Below, piece by piece: positions 18,107-28,499 of a stretch of DNA of 64,000 nt. The stretch is from Acidimicrobiia bacterium (GTDB lineage: Bacteria; Actinomycetota; Acidimicrobiia; Acidimicrobiales; Bin134). The notes below the pieces were generated by a model. The model was not told the origin of the DNA, did not search any database, and saw only the letters and a program-made list of their open reading frames with translations. A program made the translations under genes and the position numbers. Position 1 is the first letter of the stretch. Each line of letters opens with the position of its first letter. Location of the stretch: the NCBI GenBank assembly GCA_022819825.1, contig JAJEGM010000010.1, positions 2,318 through 66,317 on the forward strand, given 5' to 3'.

Positions 18107-19390
18107 TGTGATGTGTCAAGACATCGGAAAGGCGTGAACCTGCGCGGGCGGGTGTTTTTCATGGTTTGGGTTGGGGTTGGTAGTCGCGTTGGGGGTTGAG
18201 GACGAGGGTGCGGAGGAGTTCGCCGGTGGTGTGGTCGATGACGCGGATGTGGGTGCCGGCGACCAGCAGGGTTACGGGGGTGTGTTTGTGGGCTCGGCCG
18301 ATGCCGATGTGGTGGAGTCTGCCGTTGTGGCGCAGGGTGACGGTTCCTGATTTGTCGATGCGGTCTTTGCGGACTCGGAAGTGGGTTCGGTCGCGGTTGT
18401 GGTCGGGGCCGGTTTTGGGCAGGCGGGTGTAGGCGGCTGCTGGTGTGGTCCGGTCGAGTGCCCGGTGGGGGCGGTGGTGGTTGTAGGCGGCGGTGAATTC
18501 GTCGATTTGGGCCTGGAGGGCGTCGAGGCCGTCGGCGGGGGTTCGGGCTTTGAGCCATTTTTTGAGGGTTTGCTGGAACCGCTCGACTTTCCCGCAGGTG
18601 GTGGGCCGGTTGGGCGCGGAGTTCTTCTGTTCGATCCCGTGGTCTGCCAGGAGCGCCTCCAAGGCGTTGCGCCCGCCTTTCCCGCCGGCGAGGCGGGTGG
18701 TGTAGACCATGGCGTTGTCGGTCAGCGTCGAGGCGGGGAGCCCGTGCTGGTCTGCGGTTTCGCGGAAGGTGTCGGCGACGGCGGGGCCGGTTATGCGCCG
18801 GTGGGCGCTCACCGACAGGGCAAAGCGGGAATGGTCGTCGAGCCAGGTGATGATCTCGGCGTCGGACCCGTCGGCGAGGCGCCAGTGCGTGAAGTCCGAC
18901 TGCCAGCACTGGTTGGGCAGGTCGGCCTCGAACCGCACATAGGACGACTTCGGGCGCTTCTTCGGGTTGGGCTCGACCAGGCCCAGCTCGACGAGGCGGC
19001 GGCGGATCGTGGACGGCGACACGGTGATGCGGTGGCGCTGCTGGAGGTGCCAGCAGATGGTGTGCGGCCCCGCGTCGAGCCCCTGGGCGGCCAGCTCTGA
19101 GCGCAGGTTCACCGCCAGCTCGATGACCGGGTCGGGGACCTTGGCCGGCGATGTATGGGGCCGGCGCGACCGGGGCTCAAAAGCAGCGGGGCCCTCAGCG
19201 CGGTAACGGGCCACGAGCTTGGAGACCCAGCCCTGAGACACCCCATAGAGCCTGGCAGTCTCGGCCTGGGACAGGCCCTCCAGGACAACCGACAAGACGA
19301 TCGCTTGAGCCTTCGACACCGCCAACCATCACCCACACCGACTTTCCCATGTCCTGACACACCCCATTCCCATGTCCTGAACCAACACAC
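18107..19390 (-). mobile_element. IS481-family insertion sequence
   Basis: A single DDE transposase gene is flanked by imperfect inverted repeats. Left: TGTGATGTGTCAAGACATCGGAAAGG (18107-18132). Right: rc of 19342-19364, GGGTGTGTCAGGACATGGGAAAG. A second, outer partial copy of the right IR lies at 19365-19390. Exact ends are uncertain and I saw no target duplication. Confidence 0.75.
18159..19325 (-). CDS. IS481-family transposase (HTH plus rve/integrase-core DDE domain)
   Basis: 388 aa. The N-terminal HTH has LSQAETARLYGVSQGWVSK. The DDE core has WQSDFTHW, LTDNA and the KVERF...YNHHRPHRAL tail typical of IS481/IS3-type integrase cores. Confidence 0.88.
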   Translation of the reverse strand: MAVSKAQAIVLSVVLEGLSQAETARLYGVSQGWVSKLVARYRAEGPAAFEPRSRRPHTSPAKVPDPVIELAVNLRSELAAQGLDAGPHTICWHLQQRHRITVSPSTIRRRLVELGLVEPNPKKRPKSSYVRFEADLPNQCWQSDFTHWRLADGSDAEIITWLDDHSRFALSVSAHRRITGPAVADTFRETADQHGLPASTLTDNAMVYTTRLAGGKGGRNALEALLADHGIEQKNSAPNRPTTCGKVERFQQTLKKWLKARTPADGLDALQAQIDEFTAAYNHHRPHRALDRTTPAAAYTRLPKTGPDHNRDRTHFRVRKDRIDKSGTVTLRHNGRLHHIGIGRAHKHTPVTLLVAGTHIRVIDHTTGELLRTLVLNPQRDYQPQPKP

Positions 19391-19465
19391 TGTCTCGGGC
19401 TCTGCGTGAATCCCTCCACCGGCGGAGATGGCTAACCTCGCGGCAATCATTGGAGGGGATTCGCC

Positions 19466-20605
19466 ATGGCCGACGAGCCAGCCTGGTCGATCGGGATAGA
19501 GGAGGAGTACCTCCTTGTTGAGCAGGAGAGCGGAGAGCTCATCACCGAGCAGCCGTCCGGGATCCTGAAAACGGTGACCAACCTGCACCACGGTCTCGTC
19601 GCCAGGGAGCTATTCAGCTCGCAGCTCGAGATCGGCACCGGCATCTGTACTGACTTCAAGCATCTGCGGGCCGACATCGGACTCCTGCGCCTTGCGGTCA
19701 CCGAGGCCGCGGCCGAATACGGACTGGCGCCCATCGCGGCCTCCTCCCACCCGTTCGCTCGCCCGCACGAGCAGAAGGTGACCGAAGGAGAGCGCTATCG
19801 GGCTTTGGCTGAGGATCTCCAGGGCGTGTCCCGCGGGCTGGTCATCTCCGGCCTGCACGTTCACGTCGGCATCGAAGACCCCGACCTTCGGATAGACCTG
19901 ATGAACCAGGTCTCCTACTTCCTGCCCCACTTGCTGGCCCTTTCCACCTCATCGCCGTTCTGGGAGGGCCGCAACACCGGTCTCAAGAGCTACCGCATGG
20001 CGGTGTTCCGGTCGCTGCCCCGCACGGGGCTGCCGGAGAAGTTCGACTCGTGGGCCGAGTACCGGCGCCATGTGGACGTGCTGGTGCGAGCCGGGGTCAT
20101 CGAGGACTCCACCAAGGTGTGGTGGGACATCCGCCCGTCGGAGCGCTACCCCACTTTGGAGATGCGGGTCACCGACCTGCCCACGAGGATGGAGGACACG
20201 GTTGCCGTCGCCGCCATGTACGTGTGCTTGCTGCGGATGCTGTGGAGGCTCAAGCTTGAGAATCGCCGGTGGCGCAGTTACGCCAACTTCCTCGTGGCCG
20301 AGAACCTGTGGCGGGCCGAGCGCTACGGGATCAGCGACCGCCTCATCGACTTCGGCAAAGGCGAGATGGTGCCGATGCCCGACCTGGTGGAGGAGATGAT
20401 CGAATTGGTCCGGCCCGACGCTGAGGCCTTGGACTGCGTGTCGCAAATCGAGCACACCCGCACCATCTGCAAACGGGGCACCTCAGCCGACCGCCAACTG
20501 GCCGTCTACCACGAGGCACAAGAGGAAGGCGCCACCGAAGAAGAAGCGCTCCACGCCGTCGTTCAAACCCTCATCGCCGACACCATCGCCCCACCCCAGA
20601 CCTAG
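19466..20605 (+). CDS. carboxylate-amine ligase, glutamate-cysteine ligase family 2 (YbdK-like)
   Basis: 379 aa with a GCS2-type N-terminus (SIGIEEEYLLV), LHVHVGI and WWDIRPS..YPTLEMRV. Confidence 0.85.
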   Translation: MADEPAWSIGIEEEYLLVEQESGELITEQPSGILKTVTNLHHGLVARELFSSQLEIGTGICTDFKHLRADIGLLRLAVTEAAAEYGLAPIAASSHPFARPHEQKVTEGERYRALAEDLQGVSRGLVISGLHVHVGIEDPDLRIDLMNQVSYFLPHLLALSTSSPFWEGRNTGLKSYRMAVFRSLPRTGLPEKFDSWAEYRRHVDVLVRAGVIEDSTKVWWDIRPSERYPTLEMRVTDLPTRMEDTVAVAAMYVCLLRMLWRLKLENRRWRSYANFLVAENLWRAERYGISDRLIDFGKGEMVPMPDLVEEMIELVRPDAEALDCVSQIEHTRTICKRGTSADRQLAVYHEAQEEGATEEEALHAVVQTLIADTIAPPQT

Positions 20606-21489
20606 CAGTCCGGCTGGCGGTGGCGGGCTACTTCGAAGCAGCCAATGGCGGTGGCGGCCGCTGCGTTGAGGGAGCTGAGGTGGCCCATGAGGGGGATGGT
20701 GGCCACCACGTCGCAGCGCTGCCGAGAGAGGCGGGACAGGCCGCGGCCCTCGCTGCCCACTACCAGGGCCACGGCTTCGGCGGCCACGCTTATTTCGTAT
20801 ACCGACGTGGGCGCGGCCACGTCCAGGCCCACCGTCCACACCCCGAGCTCTCCCAGGCGGGCCAGGGCGTTGGGGATGCCTGGCACCACCGCCATCGGTA
20901 CGTGCTCGATGGCGCCCGCCGCCGCCTTGGTTGCGGCGGGGGTGATGTGGGCCGAGCGATGGCGCCCCAGCACCGCCCCGGTGACTCCCGCGCACTCGGC
21001 GGTGCGCAGGGCGGCGCCTACATTGCCCGGATCGGTAACACCGTCGAGCACCAGCAAGAACGGGGAGCTGCCGTCGGGGGGACGGGCCAGCTCTTCCAGG
21101 TCGTGCTCGGCCAGGGGGGCAGCCCGGGCGATCACTCCTTGGGGGGCTTCGGTGTTGGCCATCGACTCGAACTTGGACCGGGCCACTTCTTTCACAGGCA
21201 CCCGCAGCTCGGTGGCCAGCTCCACGATCTGGGCTAGAGCTCCGGTTTGGTTCTGCCCCGTGGCAATCACAACCTCGTGTGCCGGGCGGGTGCCGGCCAG
21301 CAGTAGCTCCCGCACCGCTTGGCGGCCCTCCACCCGATCACCGCCCAAGCCAGCCCGCTGGCGGCGGCTGCGCTGATCGCCAGGCGGTCGGCCTTTTCCG
21401 TGACCCTTGTTGGGGCCCCTGTTGGCACCCTGGTTGGGGCCACCGCCCCGGCCTCGCCGGTTGCCGCCTCTCGGGCCCTGTGCGCTCAC
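20602..21489 (-). CDS. rlmB: 23S rRNA (guanosine-2'-O)-methyltransferase RlmB/TrmH family with Arg/Gly-rich N-terminal tail
   Basis: The SpoU/TrmH motifs are present (LVLDGVTDPGNVGA, ALVVGSEGRGLS, IPLMGHLSSLN). Start set to GTG 21489, which overlaps the ispF stop (GTGA). Confidence 0.85.
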   Translation of the reverse strand: MSAQGPRGGNRRGRGGGPNQGANRGPNKGHGKGRPPGDQRSRRQRAGLGGDRVEGRQAVRELLLAGTRPAHEVVIATGQNQTGALAQIVELATELRVPVKEVARSKFESMANTEAPQGVIARAAPLAEHDLEELARPPDGSSPFLLVLDGVTDPGNVGAALRTAECAGVTGAVLGRHRSAHITPAATKAAAGAIEHVPMAVVPGIPNALARLGELGVWTVGLDVAAPTSVYEISVAAEAVALVVGSEGRGLSRLSRQRCDVVATIPLMGHLSSLNAAAATAIGCFEVARHRQPDC

Positions 21490-21968
21490 TGGCGTTCGAT
21501 CAGCGCCACCGCCCAGCAAGCCAGGCCCTCACCCCGGCCCAGCGCCCCCATCGCCTCGGCCCGCTTGCCCTTCACCGTCACCGGGGCACCAACCACGTCG
21601 CTGAGCCGGGCTTGCATCTGTTCACGTTGGGGCGCAATGCGGGGGGCCTCGGTTACAACGGTGCAGTCGGCGTTCACCACCCTCCAGCCCTTGTCGGCCA
21701 GCCGAGCCACCGCGTCGGCGAGCAGCCCAATGCTGTCGGCACCGGCCCACTTGTCGTCGGTGTCGGGGAACAGCACGCCGATGTCGCCCAAGCCAGCAGC
21801 ACTCAGCAGGGCGTCGGTCACGGCATGGGCCACTGCATCTCCGTCGCTGTGGCCAACCAAGCCCGGCGCACCCTCAAACTCGACTCCGCCCAGGATCAAG
21901 GACCGGTCGGGATCGTCGCTGAACCGGTGGGTGTCGAACCCGTGGCCTACTCGGATCTCCCCACTCAT
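21486..21968 (-). CDS. ispF: 2-C-methyl-D-erythritol 2,4-cyclodiphosphate synthase
   Basis: Contains GHGFDTHRF and GHSDGDAVAHA. ATGA overlap with ispD. Confidence 0.93.
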   Translation of the reverse strand: MSGEIRVGHGFDTHRFSDDPDRSLILGGVEFEGAPGLVGHSDGDAVAHAVTDALLSAAGLGDIGVLFPDTDDKWAGADSIGLLADAVARLADKGWRVVNADCTVVTEAPRIAPQREQMQARLSDVVGAPVTVKGKRAEAMGALGRGEGLACWAVALIERQ

Positions 21969-22603
21969 GTCGCCAACCAGGCTTCGGCCGCGGCCAAGTC
22001 GTCGGGGTGAGTGATCTTGATGTTGCGGGAATGGCCTTCCACCGCAACCACGGAGTAGCCGGCCGCCTCCACCAGGCTGGCATCGTCGGTGGCATCAGCG
22101 GCATCGGCGTGGGCCGCCCGCAACAGCTCGGCCCGGAAGGCCTGCGGGGTCTGCACGGCTTGCAGGGTGCTGCGATCTACCACTCCCCCGTCCACCCTGC
22201 GGATGGTATCGGTTACCGGCATCACCGGCACCGCACCGGCCGCCCCTGAGCGCACCTCCTGAACCACTCGCTCATAGACGTCGGCACCGGCCAGGGGCCG
22301 GGCGGCGTCGTGGACGCAGATGATGGCCGCGTCGTCGGGCACCGCCTCAAGCCCATTGCGCACCGAAGCGGCCCGGCTCGCCCCACCGGCCACCACTGCG
22401 CTGGCGGCCAACCGGGCCGATTCGGCTTCTACGTCCCCGCCAGGAACCACCACCACCACCCCGTCGCTCACCTGGGCGGCTACTGCCACGCTGCGGTCCA
22501 CTACCCGGGCGCCGGCCAATTCCAGGTACTGCTTGGCGCCGCCGAAACGGGTGCCCGACCCGGCGGCCACGATGACCGTCCAAACCGAGGGCCGGGTTGC
22601 CAT
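21965..22603 (-). CDS. ispD: 2-C-methyl-D-erythritol 4-phosphate cytidylyltransferase
   Basis: Contains VIVAAGSGTRFG, VHDAARPL and VQTPQAF. Confidence 0.92.
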   Translation of the reverse strand: MATRPSVWTVIVAAGSGTRFGGAKQYLELAGARVVDRSVAVAAQVSDGVVVVVPGGDVEAESARLAASAVVAGGASRAASVRNGLEAVPDDAAIICVHDAARPLAGADVYERVVQEVRSGAAGAVPVMPVTDTIRRVDGGVVDRSTLQAVQTPQAFRAELLRAAHADAADATDDASLVEAAGYSVVAVEGHSRNIKITHPDDLAAAEAWLAT

Positions 22604-22608
22604 CGCCG

Positions 22609-23259
22609 CTATTGGCTCAGGAACTCGATGACCCGAGCCCAGGCGTCGGCGGCATCATCGGGACGGTGGGCAGGACGAACAGGATCGTGAACGAATCCAT
22701 GGTCGGCGCCCTCGTAGGACACGATCTCTGCCCCAGCCGCCCCCAGCGCGGCCACATCCTCGGCCGGTGTGAACGGATCCTCGGTGCCAATGATCGCCAA
22801 TAGCGGGCACGGATTGCCCTGGGCCAACAGATCCAGCGGCTCGCCCTGGCCGGGACCCTTCCAGTGCTCGGGTAGGCGAATCATCCCGTAGAAGGCGGCT
22901 GCCCGGTGGAACCGCCCGGTGGCTGCGGCCTTGATGGTGTACATGCCGCCCATGCAGAAGCCGGTGAGCACGACCGTCTCGCATTCGGTGGCGTCGGCTG
23001 CGGCCAGCACGTCGGCCAGCACCTGCTCGTCGACCAACTCGCAAACCGCGGCCATCCGCTCTTCAGCCGCCAAGTGTTCCCGACCGGCGAAAACCTGGGG
23101 AGCGCACACCGTCCAGCCCTGCTCAGCGGCAAGGCGGGCCACATGGTCGTCGAACAGAGACCGCAGCCCCATCAGATCCGGAATCAGCACCAGCCCCCGG
23201 TCGGCATCGGCGACCGGGACCAGCTCAGCCGGTGTTCCCGTCGACAACTCGATGCGCAT
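22609..23259 (-). CDS. dienelactone hydrolase family protein
   Basis: 216 aa with the DLH-type layout: VLIPDLMG, nucleophile elbow GFCMGG, and a C-terminal GADHGF. Confidence 0.75.
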   Translation of the reverse strand: MRIELSTGTPAELVPVADADRGLVLIPDLMGLRSLFDDHVARLAAEQGWTVCAPQVFAGREHLAAEERMAAVCELVDEQVLADVLAAADATECETVVLTGFCMGGMYTIKAAATGRFHRAAAFYGMIRLPEHWKGPGQGEPLDLLAQGNPCPLLAIIGTEDPFTPAEDVAALGAAGAEIVSYEGADHGFVHDPVRPAHRPDDAADAWARVIEFLSQ

Positions 23260-23305
23260 AGCCCTTGTTTAGCCGCAACCCGGCCATAGATGGGAGCATA
23301 GGGGC

Positions 23306-24292
23306 ATGGCGCATCCGCATTTGGAGCTCACGGCTCGGCCCCGGCGCAACCGGCGCACCGCGGCCATTCGCGACATGGTGCGCGAGACCGAGCTCAGCCC
23401 AGCCCATTTCGTGCTGCCCCTGTTCGTACACCGGGGTCCCGACGAGCCCATCGACTCGATGCCCGGCGTGAACCGCTGGAGCGTCGACGGCCTGGTGGGC
23501 GAGGTTGGCCGGGCCGCTGATCTGGGGGTCCGGGCGGTGGTGCTGTTCGAGGCCGCCCCCGACGAATTGAAGACCCCGACCGGCGATGAGGCGTGGAACC
23601 CCGACGGGCTCATCCCCCAGACCATCGGGGCTATCAAGGCCGCCCACCCCGACACGGTGGTGATGACCGATGTAGCCCTCGACCCCTACAACAGCGACGG
23701 CCACGACGGCATCGTGGCCCCCGACGGCACCATCGTCAACGACGAGACCGTCGAGGTGCTGTGCCGCCAGGCTCTGACCCACGCCGACGCCGGGGCCGAC
23801 ATCGTGGCCCCCAGCGACATGATGGACGGCCGGGTAGGAGCCATACGAGAGACGCTCGACCACCACGGGCACACCGAGGTGGGCATCTGCGCCTACACCG
23901 CCAAATACGCCTCCTCGTTCTTCGGGCCGTTCCGGGGAGCGCTCGACTCGGCGCCCCGCTCCGGCGACAAGAAGACCTACCAGATGGACCCGGCCAACAG
24001 CCGCGAGGCCCTGCGAGAAATGGAGTTGGACATCGCCGAGGGCGCCGACATGGTCATGGTCAAGCCAGCCGGGCCGTACTTGGATGTGGTGAGGCGCTTC
24101 GCCGATGCCTCAGTGGTGCCAGTGGCCGCCTACCAGGTGAGCGGCGAGTACCTCATGGTCAAAGCAGCCGCAGAATCGGGATGGCTGGACGAGCAGGCCA
24201 TCATCACCGAGACCCTGTGCGGCATCCGTCGAGCCGGCGCCGACGTCATCTTGACCTACTTCGCGGTGCAGGCCGCCCAGATTCTCAGCTAG
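23306..24292 (+). CDS. hemB: porphobilinogen synthase (delta-aminolevulinate dehydratase)
   Basis: Contains RPRRNR..AIRDMVRE, the active-site region DVALDPY..DGHDG (Asp-rich, non-zinc type) and VKPA..YLD. Confidence 0.93.
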   Translation: MAHPHLELTARPRRNRRTAAIRDMVRETELSPAHFVLPLFVHRGPDEPIDSMPGVNRWSVDGLVGEVGRAADLGVRAVVLFEAAPDELKTPTGDEAWNPDGLIPQTIGAIKAAHPDTVVMTDVALDPYNSDGHDGIVAPDGTIVNDETVEVLCRQALTHADAGADIVAPSDMMDGRVGAIRETLDHHGHTEVGICAYTAKYASSFFGPFRGALDSAPRSGDKKTYQMDPANSREALREMELDIAEGADMVMVKPAGPYLDVVRRFADASVVPVAAYQVSGEYLMVKAAAESGWLDEQAIITETLCGIRRAGADVILTYFAVQAAQILS

Positions 24293-24308
24293 CCGACCGG
24301 GCTCCGAG

Positions 24309-25745
24309 TCAGGAGCGGGGCCGGCGACGGAAAAAGTCGGAGAAGCTCGTCACCACCGCGTGGCCCGGGGTCTCGCCCTCCTTGGGGCGAGCATCGGCCA
24401 GAAGGGCGGTGGACATCCCCAACGCCTGGGCGGCGTCGAGACTCTCAACCCTCACATCCACCAGCAGCGCGTTCTCGTAGGGAACCGACGTTGTCCGGCG
24501 CAGGGCCTCGTAGATTCCGGGAGCGGGCAAGCACACGCCGACGTCGCTGCTCACGATCCAGGTGTCAACGCCGGTGATGTCGTGCCTGTCTCTCAGCTCG
24601 GTCGACCACGAGGCGATGTCATTGGTCAAACAGGCCACCGGCAGGTCCCGGCGACCCATCTCAGCCATGAAGTCCCGAACCCCGGATCGCACGGTGTACT
24701 GGTCTAAGAACTGCTCGGTGAGCTCGTCGGGGTCGTCGTCCAAACCGATCCCGGCCCACAATTCCACCGGGGATATCCGGCCGAGTGCCGCCTGGTGGTG
24801 GAGCTGCTCCACATCTTCCTCATCCACTTCAAGGCCTCTTTCGGCCGCGAAAGAAGCCAGAAGCCGGGCCGGCTCCTCGATCGGCTCGAACAGCACCCCG
24901 AGGGGGTTCAGCACCACCAGCCGCAGCCGCCTCTGGGGTGGCTGTGCCGCAGTGGGACCGGTAGCCCGAATCATCGACTCCTGAGTAATGGTTGGATCGG
25001 TGCTGCGGTCTCGGGCCCTGCGCTCCAGAAGATACCCGGCCACCGCGATCAGCACCGACAAGCCCACCAGCGCAAACGCGGCCCAGGCCACCCACCGCAG
25101 GGTCACCGCGGTAACGCTCTCCTCTTGGGCCGTCATCTCGATTCTCTCTGCACCCTGCCCGAGCTGCAATTCCACCTGCTCCTCCGCGCCCACCGGCAGA
25201 TCCAGAACAATTCGCACCGTCACTCCCGCCAGTGCAGCCGCCACATCGGGTATCGGCTCGCCGAAAGGCTCGCCGCCCAGTCGATCGGTGAGCTCGGGAT
25301 CGGTGAACAGGTCAAGTCCGTCTGACAGGTCCACCACGCCGGTCACCCGATAGTCGGTCTGGGCGAAGGAGGTGTCGCGCTCAAACGTGAAGTCGCGGAA
25401 TACCTGTTCGGAGCCGAAGATCTCGGCCAGCACCGACTCGAGTTGGTGGATCGACCCGAAGGGCTTCGAGGCGGAGAAGCTTGTGCGGCCCTCATCGTCG
25501 ATGCGGGGGTCGTTGTACGACCAGCCCGAAGCCGGGTTTTCGATGTCCTCGGTCAATAGCAGCGATGTGATGTCGTCGGTCTGCGCCATGGCCTCCTGGT
25601 CGAGCGCCACATCCACCGTGACCACCCCGGAGCCGTCCTCGTTGAAGCCGATGCCCACCTCGATGTCCACCTGGCAAGCGGTCAGCGCGAGAACCAGCGC
25701 CAGCAGAGGCACTGCTGTGCGCAATCGCTTAAGCCTGCTGACCAT
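24309..25745 (-). CDS. lipoprotein, single TM helix and HAD-like domain fusion, function unknown
   Basis: Has a signal peptide with lipobox LALTAC, an extracytoplasmic ~220-aa domain, the TM helix WVAWAAFALVGLSVLIAVAGYLL, and a C-terminal HAD-like fold (CLTND, LLVD). HAD motif I is degenerate (VVLNPLGVL instead of DxDxT). I moved the start to M19 of the ORF. Confidence 0.55.
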   Translation of the reverse strand: MVSRLKRLRTAVPLLALVLALTACQVDIEVGIGFNEDGSGVVTVDVALDQEAMAQTDDITSLLLTEDIENPASGWSYNDPRIDDEGRTSFSASKPFGSIHQLESVLAEIFGSEQVFRDFTFERDTSFAQTDYRVTGVVDLSDGLDLFTDPELTDRLGGEPFGEPIPDVAAALAGVTVRIVLDLPVGAEEQVELQLGQGAERIEMTAQEESVTAVTLRWVAWAAFALVGLSVLIAVAGYLLERRARDRSTDPTITQESMIRATGPTAAQPPQRRLRLVVLNPLGVLFEPIEEPARLLASFAAERGLEVDEEDVEQLHHQAALGRISPVELWAGIGLDDDPDELTEQFLDQYTVRSGVRDFMAEMGRRDLPVACLTNDIASWSTELRDRHDITGVDTWIVSSDVGVCLPAPGIYEALRRTTSVPYENALLVDVRVESLDAAQALGMSTALLADARPKEGETPGHAVVTSFSDFFRRRPRS

Positions 25746-25804
25746 TGAGGGCAGGCTAGCCCGCCGCCTCTCAGCCCCCCTGCCAACCCCTCCGGGCATG
25801 TCGA

Positions 25805-28318
25805 TTATGCGCCGGCCAGTTCTTCCACCGGGGGTGGTTCGAACCCCTCAACCGCCTTGAAGCAGATCCGCTCCGCGCCGGGTTCATCGGGGTCGTCTTC
25901 AGCGTCCACCAGAATCGTCTCGCCGGCCCGGAACTCCTTCCACAAGAGCCGCTCCGACAGCGGGTCTTCCACCAGCCGCTGGATGGCCCGGCGCAGAGGT
26001 CGAGCCCCCAACGTGGGGTCGTAACCCCGCAGGGCCAGCAGCACCTTGGCTGAATCGGTGAGCTCCAGCCCGATGCCCTGGGCTTCGAGCTGGTTCTGCA
26101 ACCGCTTGATCATCAAGTCGACGATCCGGGTCACCTCTTCCCGAGTGAGCTCGTGGAACACGATGACCTCGTCGATGCGGTTCAAGAACTCGGGGCGGAA
26201 GTGGTCCTTGAGCGCATCGGTGACCTTCTCCTTCATGCGCTCATAGGTGATGGCCTCATCAGCCTTGGTGAACCCCAGGTTGGCCTTGCGCAGGTTCTGG
26301 GTGCCCAGGTTGGAGGTCATGATGAGCACGGTGTTGCGGAAGTCCACCGACCGGCCCTGGCTGTCGGTGAGGCGGCCCTCTTCCAGGATCTGCAAAAGGG
26401 TGTTGAACACATCGGGGTGGGCCTTTTCGATCTCGTCGAACAGGACCACCGAGAATGGCTTGCGACGCACCGCCTCGGTGAGCTGCCCGCCCTCCTCATA
26501 GCCGACGTAGCCCGGAGGCGAGCCCACCAGCCGGCTGACGGTGTGCTTCTCCATGTACTCCGACATGTCCAGGGCGATGAGCGCCTGCTCGTCGCCGAAC
26601 AGGAACTCGGCCAGCGTCTTCGCCAGCTCGGTCTTGCCCACTCCCGACGGGCCCAAGAAGATGAACGACCCGCTGGGCCGCTTGGGGTCCTTGAGCCCGG
26701 CCCGGGTGCGGCGGATGGCCTGTGACACCGCCTTGATGGAGTCCTCTTGGCCCACAACCCGCTTGTGCAGCTCGTCTTCCATGCGCAGGAGCTTGGCCGT
26801 CTCCTCCTCGGTGAGCTTGTAGACGGGAATGCCGGTCCAGATGGACAGCACCTCGGCCACCGCCTCCTCGTCCACCTCGTCGAACAGATCCACGCCCTTG
26901 GCCCGGATCTCCTCTTCCATCTGCTCCTTGCCGGCCAGCAGCTCCTTCTCCTGGTCCCGCAGCCGTCCGGCCTCTTCGAAGTCCTGCTGCTCCACCGCGC
27001 TCTTCTTCTGGGCCACAACCTGGGAGAGCTGGGTCTCGAAGTCCATGTACTCGGTGGGGGTGTCCATCCGCTTGATGCGCAGGCGGGAGCCGGCCTCGTC
27101 AATGAGGTCGATGGCCTTGTCGGGAAGGTGGCGGTCGGAGATGTAGCGGTCGGCCAGGTTGGCCGACGCCACGAGGGCCTGGTCGGTGATGGTCACCCGG
27201 TGGTGGGCCTCGTAGCGGTCTCTTAGCCCCTTGAGGATCTCGATGGTGTGGGCGATGGTGGGCTCGTCCACCTTCACCGGCTGGAACCGGCGCTCCAGCG
27301 CGGAGTCCTTCTCCAAGTGCTTGCGGTACTCGTCCAGGGTGGTGGCCCCGATGGTCTGAAGCTCGCCCCGAGCCAGCATGGGCTTGAGGATGGAGGCGGC
27401 ATCGATAGCCCCCTCAGCCGCACCCGCACCCACCAGGGTGTGCAGCTCGTCGATGAACAAGATGATGTCGCCCCGGGTCTTGATCTCCTTGAGCACCTTC
27501 TTGAGGCGCTCCTCGAAATCACCCCGATAGCGAGACCCGGCCACCAGCGCACCCAGGTCGAGGGTGTAGAGCTGCTTGTTGCGGATGGTCTCAGGCACGT
27601 CGTCGGCCGCGATCTTCTGGGCCAGGCCCTCCACAATGGCGGTCTTGCCCACACCGGGCTCGCCTACTAGCACCGGGTTGTTCTTGGTGCGCCGAGACAG
27701 CACCTGCATCACCCGTTCGGTCTCCCGCTGGCGGCCGATCACCGGGTCGAGCCCGCTGTCTTTGGCCAGCTTGGTGAGGTTGCGACCGAACTGGTCGAGC
27801 ACCAGCGAGCCTGATCCAGTCTCGCCGCGGTCGCCGGGAGAGGTGGTGGCCTTATCCGGCGATCCCGAGCCCTGGGGCCCGCCATAGCCCGACAAGAGCT
27901 GGATCACCTGCTGGCGGACGCGCGACAGGTCGGCCCCTAGCTTCACCAGCACCTGGGCGGCCACCCCCTCGCCCTCTCGGATCAGGCCTAGCAGGATGTG
28001 CTCGGTGCCGATGTAGTTGTGGCCGAGCTGCAATGCCTCCCGCAGCGACAGCTCCAGTACCTTCTTGGCCCGGGGGGTGAACGGGATGTGGCCCGACGGC
28101 GACGACCCGCCCTGGCCGATGATCTCCTCAACCTGGTTGCGCACCGCCTCCAGGGAGATGCCCAGCGACTCCAGCGATTTAGCCGCCACGCCCTCGCCCT
28201 CGTGGATCAGGCCCAGCAGGATGTGCTCGGTGCCGATGTAGTTGTGGTGGAGCAGGCGCGCTTCTTCCTGGGCCAGCACAACAACCCGGCGGGCACGATC
28301 TGTGAATCTCTCGAACAC
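25805..28318 (-). CDS. clpC: ATP-dependent Clp protease ATP-binding subunit ClpC (ClpC1-type)
   Basis: 837 aa with duplicated Clp-N repeats ([12 protein letters not shown] twice), two AAA+ modules ([16 protein letters not shown]) and a UVR-like linker. Confidence 0.95.
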   Translation of the reverse strand: MFERFTDRARRVVVLAQEEARLLHHNYIGTEHILLGLIHEGEGVAAKSLESLGISLEAVRNQVEEIIGQGGSSPSGHIPFTPRAKKVLELSLREALQLGHNYIGTEHILLGLIREGEGVAAQVLVKLGADLSRVRQQVIQLLSGYGGPQGSGSPDKATTSPGDRGETGSGSLVLDQFGRNLTKLAKDSGLDPVIGRQRETERVMQVLSRRTKNNPVLVGEPGVGKTAIVEGLAQKIAADDVPETIRNKQLYTLDLGALVAGSRYRGDFEERLKKVLKEIKTRGDIILFIDELHTLVGAGAAEGAIDAASILKPMLARGELQTIGATTLDEYRKHLEKDSALERRFQPVKVDEPTIAHTIEILKGLRDRYEAHHRVTITDQALVASANLADRYISDRHLPDKAIDLIDEAGSRLRIKRMDTPTEYMDFETQLSQVVAQKKSAVEQQDFEEAGRLRDQEKELLAGKEQMEEEIRAKGVDLFDEVDEEAVAEVLSIWTGIPVYKLTEEETAKLLRMEDELHKRVVGQEDSIKAVSQAIRRTRAGLKDPKRPSGSFIFLGPSGVGKTELAKTLAEFLFGDEQALIALDMSEYMEKHTVSRLVGSPPGYVGYEEGGQLTEAVRRKPFSVVLFDEIEKAHPDVFNTLLQILEEGRLTDSQGRSVDFRNTVLIMTSNLGTQNLRKANLGFTKADEAITYERMKEKVTDALKDHFRPEFLNRIDEVIVFHELTREEVTRIVDLMIKRLQNQLEAQGIGLELTDSAKVLLALRGYDPTLGARPLRRAIQRLVEDPLSERLLWKEFRAGETILVDAEDDPDEPGAERICFKAVEGFEPPPVEELAGA

Positions 28319-28499
28319 GGCAAACTCCCGATAGAGGGCTCAACTCTGAGTGTAACCATCCCACCCTCGCATTTTGTTCCTGAAGCCCCAACCGCTTCTC
28401 TGACCGGCCAATTCGATGCCGGTTCTGGATGGGGGAAACAGCCAATGGTGCCACTACGCTTGCTCCGTGGTTCGCAGCCCCCTCGACCTGATTCCCACC

